Assembly: GCA_016183325.1 (NCBI GenBank) | Contig: JACPEV010000003.1 | Coordinates: forward strand, 82,000 to 145,999 | Source of the DNA: Candidatus Curtissbacteria bacterium | GTDB lineage: Bacteria > Patescibacteriota > Microgenomatia > Curtissbacterales > GWA2-41-24 | DNA: 64,000 nt | Reading direction: 5' to 3' | Shown here: positions 18,385-30,097 of the stretch, in pieces | Layout of the letters: each line of letters opens with the position of its first letter | How positions within the stretch are numbered: position 1 is the first letter of the stretch | The notes under the pieces: model-generated | Seen by the model: only the letters and a program-made list of their open reading frames with translations | The model's database searches: none | What the model was told of the DNA's origin: nothing | Made by a program: the position numbers and the translations under genes

Positions 18385-19533
18385 CTATGTGCGTGAATCG
18401 AGTCCTTTAAAGAACCAGGAGAAATCGGTTCCTTTTCTTTTACCTTTAACTCGCTCGACCAAGGCATGGGTAACAATGGGAATACCGATTGTGGCATCGC
18501 AATAACACTGGACGTTATTACCCTCCGGCTCTTCTTTACCCCAGCTAGTGGCTTCCTCAAAGGTACAGCCGGAGAGGCCGCCCCATTGAGGACTGTCGGT
18601 TGTAATTTGAATAGCATATTTGTGAGGATAGTAGGATTCGACAAGTTCTTCCTTTTCACCACGTTTTGCCCTGAAAACTTTGGCAGTTCGACCGGGAACT
18701 CTTCTTGATTCATACATGAGGTCGGGAGTTACCGCAAATAGTTGAATAAAATCCTTAGGTACTCCTCCGCCAATATAGATGACACCGGTTTCTTTGACTT
18801 TTTCAGCTAGCTTCATGAATTCTATGTAATCCTTCATATTATCGATGACTAAGTTAAAGTTCTGACTTTTGGCTACCAGGCCGCCATCACCATAAGGGCT
18901 GTCTACAATGGCAGGACAAAAGACAGGGACATTGTAATGGGCGGCTGTTGCCACAATACTTTTGATGCCTTTTTTCCAAAGCCACTTGCCAAAAAGGTGG
19001 AGAATTTCTCTTGAGGAATACGGATGATCCGGCTTGAGGTTTTTGACGTAGAATTCACCAATCATTTCTGTCATTACCATATAATCTGTCTCAAGGCCAT
19101 AAACGTCATAGTATCTGTTGATGTCGGTTGCAAGAAGCACAGCGTCGTCGACCATGTGCGTGCCTTTCCAGTAGGAAAAGCCCATGGCATCGACAATATC
19201 TTCGGAAAGATTAGCGCCGGTGCCGACTAAAATGTCGATGTAGCGGTTTTCGATGAGCCAGTTGATCATTTTCCACTGGCCGGTGGTGGAAAGAGATCCG
19301 GCGTAACCCATGAGAATGGTTGCGCTTTTGTCCTTAATCATTTTTTCCCAAGTTGCGGCAACTTCGGCAAGTTTTCGTCCTTGAAAGCCGGTATCGGCCA
19401 TTTCTTCCAAAAGTTTTGAGATGGATTTTTTCTTGACTTCAATCGCGGTGACTTTTCTGATGAGGTATGGTTTTGTGAGTTTTTTTGCTTTTTCGGCTTG
19501 TGCTTTTTCGGCTTTTGTACTAATTGTTGGCAT
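18385..19533 (-). CDS. deoxyhypusine synthase-like protein
   Basis: DHS-family length and motifs (GYAGSLSTTG…, GGGVPKDF); adjacent to agmatinase. Confidence 0.7.
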   Translation of the reverse strand: MPTISTKAEKAQAEKAKKLTKPYLIRKVTAIEVKKKSISKLLEEMADTGFQGRKLAEVAATWEKMIKDKSATILMGYAGSLSTTGQWKMINWLIENRYIDILVGTGANLSEDIVDAMGFSYWKGTHMVDDAVLLATDINRYYDVYGLETDYMVMTEMIGEFYVKNLKPDHPYSSREILHLFGKWLWKKGIKSIVATAAHYNVPVFCPAIVDSPYGDGGLVAKSQNFNLVIDNMKDYIEFMKLAEKVKETGVIYIGGGVPKDFIQLFAVTPDLMYESRRVPGRTAKVFRAKRGEKEELVESYYPHKYAIQITTDSPQWGGLSGCTFEEATSWGKEEPEGNNVQCYCDATIGIPIVTHALVERVKGKRKGTDFSWFFKGLDSRT

Positions 19534-19735
19534 TTTAGTTAAAGCTATTTACGTTCGATAATAGCTGAGAAATATTTTTTTGTAAAGCAGAGAAAAAATT
19601 CATATTAAATTTTGGGGGCAGATAAATGTTGCGGTCCTTCGACTCCGTTCTGCAAATGCAGAACTTCGCTCAGGATTGTGAACAGAAGACAAATTTATTA
19701 TTGGAATCTTTTCACAGTTTGTCAATGGGGAAATT

Positions 19736-19770
19736 AGAGCTTTTTGGTGTAGATGGCTTGGAGCAAGCCT
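19736..19770. repeat. ~35-bp direct repeat flanking the VapBC cassette (second copy at 20507-20541)
   Basis: gagctttttggtgtagatggcttggag(c/t)aagcct found on both sides. Confidence 0.8.
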
Positions 19771-20203
19771 AATTATCGTAATCTTTTAAACTTTTTACTA
19801 ATTTACTTTTTGACTTTTTGATTAAATTATCATCTGCGGTATATAGAGGAGATTTTAGATATTCAGCTAAAGCTACATAGGCTGCGTCATAAGAAGAAAT
19901 ATCAAGATCAATGGCTTTTTCAAGAGAAGTTTTAAATAAATCAACTGAAGAGTGCACAAGAAAGTTTAAATCAAGAAATCCCTGGTAGGCTTTGATCGCT
20001 ATATGTTTATTAATTCTTAAGCGTTTAATTGCTGTTTTTAGCAAATTGCTAACTTCATAAAAAATTAAGGTCGGTACTGATACGATCACTTTTCGATTGA
20101 CAAAATCTTCTTTTATTTTTAAAGCGTAACTTTTAAACGTTTCATCCGGGAGGAACCATTTAGCTATAACTGAAGAATCAAGAACTACATTTTTGACAAT
20201 CAC
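19769..20203 (-). CDS. vapC: PIN-domain toxin VapC
   Basis: LDSSVIAKWF…YDAAYVALA PIN pattern. Confidence 0.75.
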   Translation of the reverse strand: MIVKNVVLDSSVIAKWFLPDETFKSYALKIKEDFVNRKVIVSVPTLIFYEVSNLLKTAIKRLRINKHIAIKAYQGFLDLNFLVHSSVDLFKTSLEKAIDLDISSYDAAYVALAEYLKSPLYTADDNLIKKSKSKLVKSLKDYDN

Positions 20204-20481
20204 TTTTGGTCTTTTTTGCTTTCAGAAAGTAATGCTTGAGGATTAATTTTTTGATCTTTAAGGCTTTCCCTAAACTCGTCAATTTTAGCCATTGCTTGTT
20301 TTTGGCTATCCAAATTTGAGATTCTGCTTAAACCTAGAGCTATTACGTCATTGATTGTCCTTTGAAGTGACGTCCCTTGATTAAAAGCGAGTAATCTTGA
20401 TTTGTCAAACAAGTCCTTTCTAATTCTAATGGTGGTTCTGACTGCGTTTTGCATTGTGTTTTGAAAGTAACATATAGGCAT
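20200..20481 (-). CDS. putative antitoxin for the adjacent VapC
   Basis: Position, size and 4-bp overlap only. Confidence 0.45.
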   Translation of the reverse strand: MPICYFQNTMQNAVRTTIRIRKDLFDKSRLLAFNQGTSLQRTINDVIALGLSRISNLDSQKQAMAKIDEFRESLKDQKINPQALLSESKKDQK

Positions 20482-20506
20482 ATAGATGTCAAGATGTCTT
20501 ATTTCT

Positions 20507-20541
20507 AGAGCTTTTTGGTGTAGATGGCTTGGAGTAAGCCT
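20507..20541. repeat. second copy of the direct repeat flanking the VapBC cassette
   Basis: See 19736-19770. Confidence 0.8.
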
Positions 20542-20746
20542 TGTTTAATTTTCTTCAAAGAGTTTGGATAATTTTGTATCAAAAGTTTTGGGAAGATTTA
20601 GATTATGGATAGATTTGGGTGACTGGATGTCATAGAGCCGAATTGCCATAGGGTTTACTCCAGCTTCTTGAGACAAAGGTGGCAATTTGAGAAGTTTATT
20701 GGCCGATGAGTTTGAAACATCACGCCAAGAGATCCTAAAACCAACA

Positions 20747-20775
20747 TTGACATATAGGTACTTTATGAGTATTAT
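20747..20775 (+). promoter_or_regulatory. sigma70-like promoter TTGACA-17-TATTAT upstream of fic
   Basis: Read directly. Confidence 0.45.
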
Positions 20776-20798
20776 ATAGGCAGTAATTATAATCTACG

Positions 20799-21845
20799 AT
20801 GTACACACCCAGGTTCACAATTACGCCTAAAATAACCCAAGATATAGAAAAAATAGGGGTAGTTTTTGGGTATTTTAGGGCAGTTCAACTTCCCGAAAAT
20901 TATAGAAGAGAGCTAGTATCGAAAGTGGCTGTAGAGACTGTCCACGCATCAACTGCAATTGAAGGGAATACCCTGACACAAAAACAAGTAGGTGAGGTCT
21001 TAAGTGGAATACCGGTAACCGCACAAGAAAAGGAAATAAAAGAGGTAGAAAACTACAATAAAGCCTTGGTAAGTATTGAAAAATTCGGTAGGCAAAAAGG
21101 CTTTAAGGTTGGTGAGCAAACTGTAAAGGGAATACACGCAACACTTCTAAAAGATATAGATAACGAGATTGCTGGTAAATATCGGACAAGGCAAGTATAT
21201 GTCGGGGATTATATGCCTCCAGAGCATTACAAAGTTCCAACTTTGGTGCAAGAATTGGTTTCTTGGATAAACAACCCAAATCCAGAAAACTTATCCCCAA
21301 TTTTACTTGCTGGTATTGCCCACTACCAATCCGTCGCCATCCATCCTTTTGAAGACGGCAATGGCAGGATAACAAGACTTTTAACGACCTTAATACTTAT
21401 CCAAAACGACTACGACATGGTTAGTTTTTTTGCCCCTGAAAGTTTTTACAACAGAAACAGAAAGGCATATTATGAGGCATTAAGTTCGGCTGATAAATAC
21501 GGAGTTCGTGGGCAACCAGACTTAACCAGATGGCTTGAGTATTTTGTGTCGGGCATGCTAATTGAGGCTGAAAGGGCAAAATCCAGGATAGAAGAAATGT
21601 TGCAAAAAAAAAGTACATTTGGCAGGCAGGACTATATAAGCGATAATCAAAGAAAAATACTCAAACTGGCTACCCAAAAAGGTACGATTAAAACGGCAGA
21701 TGTATTACAACTCACCGGTTTAAGCAGAAAAGGTGCCTACAACGCGGTTGAAAAACTGGTACACATTAGATTATTGGAAAGTGTTGGAGTAGGGAAAGGA
21801 ACATATTATAAAATTACAGATAAAGGATTGGAATATGTCAGATAG
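20799..21845 (+). CDS. fic: Fic-family protein (AMPylase-type) with a C-terminal winged-helix
   Basis: Canonical Fic motif HPFEDGNGRITR. Confidence 0.85.
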   Translation: MYTPRFTITPKITQDIEKIGVVFGYFRAVQLPENYRRELVSKVAVETVHASTAIEGNTLTQKQVGEVLSGIPVTAQEKEIKEVENYNKALVSIEKFGRQKGFKVGEQTVKGIHATLLKDIDNEIAGKYRTRQVYVGDYMPPEHYKVPTLVQELVSWINNPNPENLSPILLAGIAHYQSVAIHPFEDGNGRITRLLTTLILIQNDYDMVSFFAPESFYNRNRKAYYEALSSADKYGVRGQPDLTRWLEYFVSGMLIEAERAKSRIEEMLQKKSTFGRQDYISDNQRKILKLATQKGTIKTADVLQLTGLSRKGAYNAVEKLVHIRLLESVGVGKGTYYKITDKGLEYVR

Positions 21846-21950
21846 GGAGTACGTAGATTATCTTGTTAAAATCTGGGGTACTGTCTTAAATGTGTCTGAT
21901 CTTTTTCAAATGAATTTTTAGGGGGATCCAGCCATTGGCCGGCGCTTACT

Positions 21951-22400
21951 TTAATAAATGCTTCTTAAATATTGCAATAGCTCACCAGGAAGTATTACTC
22001 TAAGCCCGAAATCTTGTTGAATCTTTTCTATTTTATAATCCTTGGTATTGAAGGTAACTAAAAATTTTGCTTGAGCTGCTTTTGCTCCTGCTACGATATA
22101 AGCATCTTTAATGTCATTGGTGTAGCTGGCAAATCTATCCAAAATTTTCTCTTTGTCTAACTTTATTTTGATAATTTTTAATCTGGTTTTTAATATTCTT
22201 TCTAGCTTATTTTTATCAATTCCTAATTTATCAACAGTTCTATTCAGCTCTTCATGAGAAAAATTCGAGATAAAAGATCTTAAATCGGCATTATTCACAA
22301 TAAGATTGGAGGCACCGGTTTGTGAAAGCAGTGAAGAAATTACAACATCCGAATCGATAAAGACTTTTATTTGCAAGAAGGCCTTGCTTATTTTCGCCAC
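21951..22400 (-). CDS. PIN-domain toxin
   Basis: IDSDVVIS…DAYIVAGA…TFNTKDY. Confidence 0.7.
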   Translation of the reverse strand: MAKISKAFLQIKVFIDSDVVISSLLSQTGASNLIVNNADLRSFISNFSHEELNRTVDKLGIDKNKLERILKTRLKIIKIKLDKEKILDRFASYTNDIKDAYIVAGAKAAQAKFLVTFNTKDYKIEKIQQDFGLRVILPGELLQYLRSIY

Positions 22401-22663
22401 ATTTTTGCTCTTACCTTGGAAAGCTCTTTTTCTATTTTGGCAAAGTTTTGCAAATCTTCTTGTTGTGCTCTATAGATATCCTCATCTAAACCTGTAAATA
22501 CAAAGGTCAGGGAGCTAGCCGGAATTCTGTAAACTTTACCGATTCTTTTGGCCACAATATCTCCCCGATTAATCAACTGATAAACCGTATTTTTACTAAG
22601 CTGAAGCATACTCGCTACCTGCTCCGGAGTGTAAACTTTTGGCAAAACTTGATTACTAATCAT
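22388..22663 (-). CDS. HTH (excisionase/MerR-like) antitoxin
   Basis: QVASMLQLSKNTVYQLINRGDI HTH; overlaps the PIN gene. Confidence 0.6.
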   Translation of the reverse strand: MISNQVLPKVYTPEQVASMLQLSKNTVYQLINRGDIVAKRIGKVYRIPASSLTFVFTGLDEDIYRAQQEDLQNFAKIEKELSKVRAKMWRK

Positions 22664-22707
22664 AACTATATTGTATTAAACATGACAAAACATGTCAATA
22701 GACAAAG

Positions 22708-23562
22708 CTAAAGTTTTTTGGTGAATTGGGTTTGGATCCAGCCTTGTTTGCCAGCCTCGCCAGCTCGGCTAGGCGGGCCGTCGAATTTGATTTTGATCCA
22801 ATCGCCGGTTTCCTGGATGATTTCCAGTTGATCGCCAGTTCGGACTCTGCCGACTTCGGTGGAAGTTGTTTGAGGTTCCTGGCGAACCCTTAAAAACCCT
22901 TGTGGTGCTTTTACGACCTCAATTTTTAAGATCTGAGGTGCGCTGACTTGCGGTTTATTAATGCCTTTGGCAATTTCAGAAGCCAGGCTAACGTCGGCAA
23001 CAAGCTGATAACGGCTGGCGGTTTTAATGGCAAATTCCCTCTGCACATAGCCTGTTTGAGAAAGAAGAACTTTGTGCTCACCGTCCTCGATATCGGTAAT
23101 CAGAAGAGGGGTTTTACCAATGTACTTGCCATCAATGGTAACGTCTGTCTCTGTAGGCTGAGAGGAAATAAAAAGACCTTTTTCCTGAGGTCTCAGCCAT
23201 AAGTTCTCTCCTGATTGGGCAAGAAAGTTGTTGGCAAGTTCGCGATTGACGACGGTAAGGGTACCGGAAGTTAAGGTTATTTTGTCCACAAAGCTTGCCT
23301 CAGACGCAGTGATTTTTAAAAGGTACTCACCGGCCTTGAGCTGTTCTGAAAAATAGGGAGTTTTTCCTAAGTGTTTACCGTCTAAAAACACTGAGGCTTC
23401 CGGGGTCGAAGTGACTTGGAGTGCAGCTGGTTTTTGGGTGCCGATGAGAGTGCAGCCGGAAAGAAGCAGAACAATTGACAATTGACAAGTGACAAAAAGT
23501 AAGCTTTTAAGAAACAATTTTCCATTTTCCCTGCGGGCCAGAGGCCCCGGGCCGGAGGCCAT
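22708..23562 (-). CDS. lipoprotein with PEGA-domain repeats and a C-terminal SH3b-like domain
   Basis: Lipobox LLSGC after RR/K; repeats V(F/T)(L/I)DGK(H/Y)(L/I)GKTP. Confidence 0.6.
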   Translation of the reverse strand: MASGPGPLARRENGKLFLKSLLFVTCQLSIVLLLSGCTLIGTQKPAALQVTSTPEASVFLDGKHLGKTPYFSEQLKAGEYLLKITASEASFVDKITLTSGTLTVVNRELANNFLAQSGENLWLRPQEKGLFISSQPTETDVTIDGKYIGKTPLLITDIEDGEHKVLLSQTGYVQREFAIKTASRYQLVADVSLASEIAKGINKPQVSAPQILKIEVVKAPQGFLRVRQEPQTTSTEVGRVRTGDQLEIIQETGDWIKIKFDGPPSRAGEAGKQGWIQTQFTKKL

Positions 23563-23806
23563 TTTCCATTTTCCATTTAGGGTGGGCATTGGGATAAAGT
23601 TAACACTTCGACTTCGCTCAGTGCAAGCTATGGTGATGGCAAAACGATAATCTAGGATTATTATGGGATTTGACTTTTAGGGTGAAATCTGCTAGAATTT
23701 GCCTTCGTAAAATTCCCACTATGGGTCGGCTTAGACGACCCATGATTCTCAGAAAGTTCTATTGTGGGATTTTACGTGGGCAAGTCAAACTTGCCTTTGA
23801 AAAAAC

Positions 23807-24565
23807 ATGAATAAATACATTAGACGAATCAAGGCTATCTCGTCACATGCCGTAGCTTGCGCCAGCTCGAAGTTGGGTAAAACTGGTAGTATGAACGTCT
23901 CCCCTATCTTGATTGCACTTGCGGGCATGAGTCTACTTGCGCTCCTTTTTGTTCTTACTCAGCTTAAGATCAGGCCAAGGTTAAAACTAGCCATGAAGCT
24001 GATTCTTGTGCTTTCAGTCATTTTCCAGCTCACAAGCGTGGCTGTTTCCGCGATTAAACCTCATGAAGCCAAAATTGAGATCAATGGCCACAGAATTATC
24101 GTGGCCCAGGAGCCTGACGAGCAAAATGAGCCTAGCGTGGAAATTAGCCAGGAGATAGCCTCCAAGCTGTCACCATTTGAATTCAGAAGCCCTATTGAGG
24201 GTAGACTCTCGCAGGGCTACCACGGCTACCATAGGGCAAACGACATCGCAGGCCCCTTGGGTACTCCTATTCACCCCGTGGGTGCCGGTACTGTTGAGTT
24301 CGCCGGCAGAGTTAATGATGGTAAGGGGAATATCGTTGTAATTGACCACGGTGACGGCCTTAAATCTCTATACGCTCATGTGGGCAGAATTGAAGTTGGA
24401 GTTGGCAACACAGTTGACACAAAAGCTGTAATTGGCACAGTGGGGCTAACGGGACGAACTACTGGTCCTCACGTTCACTTGGAGATTTACGATCATGACG
24501 TGGCAGTTAACCCCGCAAGTGTGTTACCGGATACTTTGGGACAGTCTGACTTCTCAGGCACTTAA
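23807..24565 (+). CDS. M23-family metallopeptidase (LytM-like)
   Basis: HxxxD…HVHLE motifs (YHRANDIAGP…, GPHVHLEIY). Confidence 0.85.
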   Translation: MNKYIRRIKAISSHAVACASSKLGKTGSMNVSPILIALAGMSLLALLFVLTQLKIRPRLKLAMKLILVLSVIFQLTSVAVSAIKPHEAKIEINGHRIIVAQEPDEQNEPSVEISQEIASKLSPFEFRSPIEGRLSQGYHGYHRANDIAGPLGTPIHPVGAGTVEFAGRVNDGKGNIVVIDHGDGLKSLYAHVGRIEVGVGNTVDTKAVIGTVGLTGRTTGPHVHLEIYDHDVAVNPASVLPDTLGQSDFSGT

Positions 24566-25039
24566 AGCCCTGAGGCTAAACTGATCATCTTCGTCCTCGA
24601 GTTTGGATGTCAATTCTTCTACTAAAATCTTGAAAGCCACAGGGTCGCCGATGTGCTCAATAACTATTTCTCTTTGATCGAAGCCGGCAGTAATGATGAC
24701 TAAATGCCCGGTGTTGTAGAGGTAACGCTGGGCTATAGATTGCTCGACTGTAATATGGGTGATTCTTTCAAGGGGCGCAGTAACGATTTTCCTAGTGAAG
24801 ATACCTCTTATAATTAAGAATCTCTTATTAGTGAGAGCATAGACATAGGATTGCCTCATTCTTAAAAGTTGACCAAGTTTTGGAAGACCGATAAACAAGA
24901 AGGCAAAGGGCAAGAGAAACAATAACCTGATTAGAAAGTATCTGGAACCAATTGAGGTTACCAAGATGACTTTCTCCCCTTTGGCCAGTAACTTTGAAAG
25001 CTTTTCTTTTTGTCTTTGTGTTGGGGGTTTGAAAGCCAT
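24554..25039 (-). CDS. membrane protein with a bacterial PH (YdbS/YdbT-like) domain
   Basis: Two TM helices followed by a PH-like module. Confidence 0.5.
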   Translation of the reverse strand: MAFKPPTQRQKEKLSKLLAKGEKVILVTSIGSRYFLIRLLFLLPFAFLFIGLPKLGQLLRMRQSYVYALTNKRFLIIRGIFTRKIVTAPLERITHITVEQSIAQRYLYNTGHLVIITAGFDQREIVIEHIGDPVAFKILVEELTSKLEDEDDQFSLRALSA

Positions 25040-25162
25040 GATTTTAACATTTGACCACTAACAATTGACAACTGACAGCAATCTTTGAAACTTAATTTAA
25101 ATATAGCATTTATATAAACTTACGACTAACGACCAGTGCTAATTTGATAAGATGGATTAAGG

Positions 25163-25828
25163 ATGGATGAATCCTTTATTAGTAGAATTTTATCGAAAAT
25201 GGCCCTGGCAATTATAGTAGTGGCTGTGGCGGATCTTTTGTTTTTAAATTATTTAGTCATAAAAGGCCAGAGGCAAGCCTTGCCGGCAAACGATTCAGCC
25301 GGAAGCGAGACCAGAGAGGCGGAAAGAAAGCTCGAGGTAATAACCCCTTCTCCTAGCGACTTGGGTTCTCCGTCACCTCCTGTCGAACCTAGGACTGAGA
25401 TTAAGACCGTGGAGACGAAAACGATAGTGGAGAAGGAGGCTCAAACCATTGTGCAAACGGCTCAGAAAGAGATCTTTATACCGATGGGCTCAGGAGCAAC
25501 TAAAAGTCGTGAATTTGCAGATTTAACTAGTACAGATGTAAAGATTGATACTTCTAAGTACTCCAATGTCGAATCAGTGGTTTTTGAGGCTTCGATTTGG
25601 GTTGAGGGTGGTAACGGAGCTGCTTATGCTCAATTGTATAACGTTGAGGATAAAACTGGGTACTTCGAAAGCCAGATTAGCAATAACACTGGATCCGCAG
25701 CTTACAAGACTTCTGGGAAGCTGCAGCTTCCCAATGGACAGAAGACTTACAGAGTGAGGGCTAAAACTGATATTGTGGAGTTTGCGGCGCATGTGGAGAA
25801 TGCTAGAATTAAGATTACTTTGAAGTGA
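25163..25828 (+). CDS. membrane-anchored hypothetical protein
   Basis: N-terminal TM only. Confidence 0.45.
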   Translation: MDESFISRILSKMALAIIVVAVADLLFLNYLVIKGQRQALPANDSAGSETREAERKLEVITPSPSDLGSPSPPVEPRTEIKTVETKTIVEKEAQTIVQTAQKEIFIPMGSGATKSREFADLTSTDVKIDTSKYSNVESVVFEASIWVEGGNGAAYAQLYNVEDKTGYFESQISNNTGSAAYKTSGKLQLPNGQKTYRVRAKTDIVEFAAHVENARIKITLK

Positions 25829-25962
25829 TACAGATTAAAAATAGAGATTAGTTAGTGGAAATTGGTAATGGAAATTAGAGATTAGAAATAAGAAAACTAT
25901 TTTCTAATTTCCATTTTCCATAACTATTTTCTACTTTCTAGTAACTAATTTCTATTATCAAT

Positions 25963-27930
<1,968 letters not shown>

Positions 27931-27949
27931 TGATGACCCGAGTACCTCG

Positions 27950-28234
27950 TCACTTTGTAACGACTGCCATTAAGTCTTCGAACTTGGTGAGCAGGAGTTC
28001 TTTACCTTCGACTTTGATTTCGTTACCGCCCCATTTTTTGTAAACGACTTTATCGCCTACTTTAACGGGGCATTTGATTGTTTTGCCTTCTTCAACAAGA
28101 TCGTCACCGCAAGCTAAAACTTTGCCCTCTTGAGGTTTTTCGTCGGCAGTGTCAGGTAAAACAATTCCGGAGGCAGTTTTAGTTTCTTTTGCGGCAGGTT
28201 CTATTAGTACGTAACCGGCTAAAGGTTTCAACAT
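27950..28234 (-). CDS. groS: co-chaperonin GroES
   Basis: 94 aa, typical GroES sequence. Confidence 0.9.
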   Translation of the reverse strand: MLKPLAGYVLIEPAAKETKTASGIVLPDTADEKPQEGKVLACGDDLVEEGKTIKCPVKVGDKVVYKKWGGNEIKVEGKELLLTKFEDLMAVVTK

Positions 28235-28321
28235 AGTTAATGGTTAATAGTTAATAGTTTATGGACAGAAAGGCAAATTCAGGGCAAAAGTCGCGAGCAG
28301 TTGATGCTTGCGACTGCTAAT

Positions 28322-28349
28322 ATTATAGCTATGGTTGTCAAGTTGTCAA
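28322..28349 (-). promoter_or_regulatory. sigma70 promoter TTGACA-16-TATAAT for groESL
   Basis: Read on the minus strand; the leader carries a weak half CIRCE-like TTAGCAGTC. Confidence 0.5.
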
Positions 28350-28353
28350 GTCC

Positions 28354-28902
28354 TCAGTTTTTTGACCGTAATTTTGAAAGTTTTTTTAAAATAAGCTTTA
28401 GCTTTTTATCAACAGTATAATTCTGAGCAGTTATCCAGAATTCGTCTAATTTTTTAGATTCGATTTGATCTTCGTATTCAAGTGCTTGCATGGCCATTTC
28501 CAATTTATCGAGTTGTTTGAGGACTTGGAATTCTTTACTATCCCCTGCTTGAGCCTCTTGCCAAAGACTGACATATTCTTGACCATTATCGATATTTGAG
28601 AAAATTTCTTTGATTGCTTTTTCTTCAAGTTGAAATTTTTTGCCTTTATCCCCTATTGTTTTATTCCCCCTTTTAATAACCAGATCCCCCACGACGCTTT
28701 CTGCTAAATCGTCGATTAAGGCCATTCGGACAATCTTTTCGGTGTTTAGTTTGAGCTGATCGCCAAGAATCATGCAAAGAACGGCGAGTCGATATGAATG
28801 CTCGGCAACAGATTCCGGGTTTTTGATGCCGGCATTGACCCAGCCGGTTCTTTTGGTTGTTTTGAGCTTGCCGACAATTTGAGCGAACTTAATGAGATTC
28901 AC
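28354..28902 (-). CDS. HD-domain phosphohydrolase (YfbR-like)
   Basis: H…HD…D pattern (AEHSYRLAVL, IDDLAE). Confidence 0.7.
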   Translation of the reverse strand: MNLIKFAQIVGKLKTTKRTGWVNAGIKNPESVAEHSYRLAVLCMILGDQLKLNTEKIVRMALIDDLAESVVGDLVIKRGNKTIGDKGKKFQLEEKAIKEIFSNIDNGQEYVSLWQEAQAGDSKEFQVLKQLDKLEMAMQALEYEDQIESKKLDEFWITAQNYTVDKKLKLILKKLSKLRSKN

Positions 28903-28929
28903 GGGGCGAAATTATATCAAGAGATGAAA

Positions 28930-29256
28930 TTACTTGTTTTTAAATTTATTGCTTACTTTTGCTATTCCTTTATAGATTGCAATTGATCCGGAAATTAATG
29001 TTGCCGCTATGGGTTCAATGGGATATACAATTTTATCTGGAGCACAACCCTCTTGTTGATAGCCAACTACATTTCCGTCATAAATTATGGGGATTTTTAA
29101 TCCACTTGAGGGAGAGACAAGTCTTCCTCCATATTGCCAGAAAAATTCAAAGCTTGGCGGGGAGCCAGTTGAACATCCCTTTTGAAAACTTGCAAGTCCA
29201 ACTATAGTGCCAGTTAGAAAAAACAAAACGACAGTGATTATGATCCATTTGGCCAT
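28930..29256 (-). CDS. small membrane-anchored hypothetical protein
   Basis: ORF plus TM. Confidence 0.4.
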   Translation of the reverse strand: MAKWIIITVVLFFLTGTIVGLASFQKGCSTGSPPSFEFFWQYGGRLVSPSSGLKIPIIYDGNVVGYQQEGCAPDKIVYPIEPIAATLISGSIAIYKGIAKVSNKFKNK

Positions 29257-29343
29257 TAAATTAATTGTAACAGAATTAGTTATTGATTAAATATTTCTGC
29301 TAACTGCTTTCATGAGGACTAAATCTAGCTTTGGAGAGCTGAA

Positions 29344-29718
29344 TTAAATAATTTTTAGATCATTAATCTTCTCAAAATCTTTTAGATTCAAAGTTGATAA
29401 AAGTAAAGAATGTTTGATCGCTGTGGCCGCAATGATAGCATCAATTAGTGAAACTCCTTGATTATGAACTTTAATGTATCCCGCTTTTTTAGATATGTCC
29501 GGTGACAATGAAATTATTTGCAAACCGGAAAGTGTTCGCTCTACAGTTTTTTTGACTTCAATTTTCTCCCAGATACTTTTTCCTGCATAAAGTTCTGTGT
29601 GGGTAATTATAGAAATAAAAAGCTCTTCATCCGTTAGTTTATAAAATAGACTGTTTTCTTTATCCGGTCGACGAAGGAAATCTATGACAACGGAAGTATC
29701 CAGAAGAAGTCTCTTCAC
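29344..29718 (-). CDS. vapC: PIN-domain toxin VapC
   Basis: LLDTSVVIDFL… PIN. Confidence 0.8.
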   Translation of the reverse strand: MKRLLLDTSVVIDFLRRPDKENSLFYKLTDEELFISIITHTELYAGKSIWEKIEVKKTVERTLSGLQIISLSPDISKKAGYIKVHNQGVSLIDAIIAATAIKHSLLLSTLNLKDFEKINDLKII

Positions 29719-29990
29719 GGATTTTGTCTTTTGAGTCTATCTTCAATTTCTTCTCTATTTCTTTTGATTTCTTCCAAATCTATGTCTACAGGTTTCATTT
29801 TAAGTAAACTTTTCTTCCATTCTTGTTTATCTCTAATCTTTTCTTCCTCTATTGGTTCGGCAATAATCTTTCCGTTGTCTGTCGAGACTTTAAGCCAAAA
29901 ATCGCTGGAGAGGCCGATAGATTCTCTAATCTTTTTGGGAATAGTTATTTGCCCCTTGCTGAATGATTTGACGAATCTGACTACGTCCAT
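29715..29990 (-). CDS. AbrB/MazE-family antitoxin
   Basis: KGQITIPKKIRESIGL; start probably at the internal Met. Confidence 0.7.
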   Translation of the reverse strand: MDVVRFVKSFSKGQITIPKKIRESIGLSSDFWLKVSTDNGKIIAEPIEEEKIRDKQEWKKSLLKMKPVDIDLEEIKRNREEIEDRLKRQNP

Positions 29991-30097
29991 ACTGAATTTC
30001 AGTATATATTGAAATTGTTCAAATTGCAAGGTTTTTGTAAATTTTGAGGAAAATTGACAACGTCCTACAATAAGCTATACGCTTAAAATAGCTGCCA

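Noticed and set aside
28261-28320. CIRCE (HrcA operator) in the groESL leader
   Set aside because: Only the left half (TTAGCAGTC) matches; the expected right-arm inverted repeat is absent, so I left it as a weak note rather than calling it a feature.
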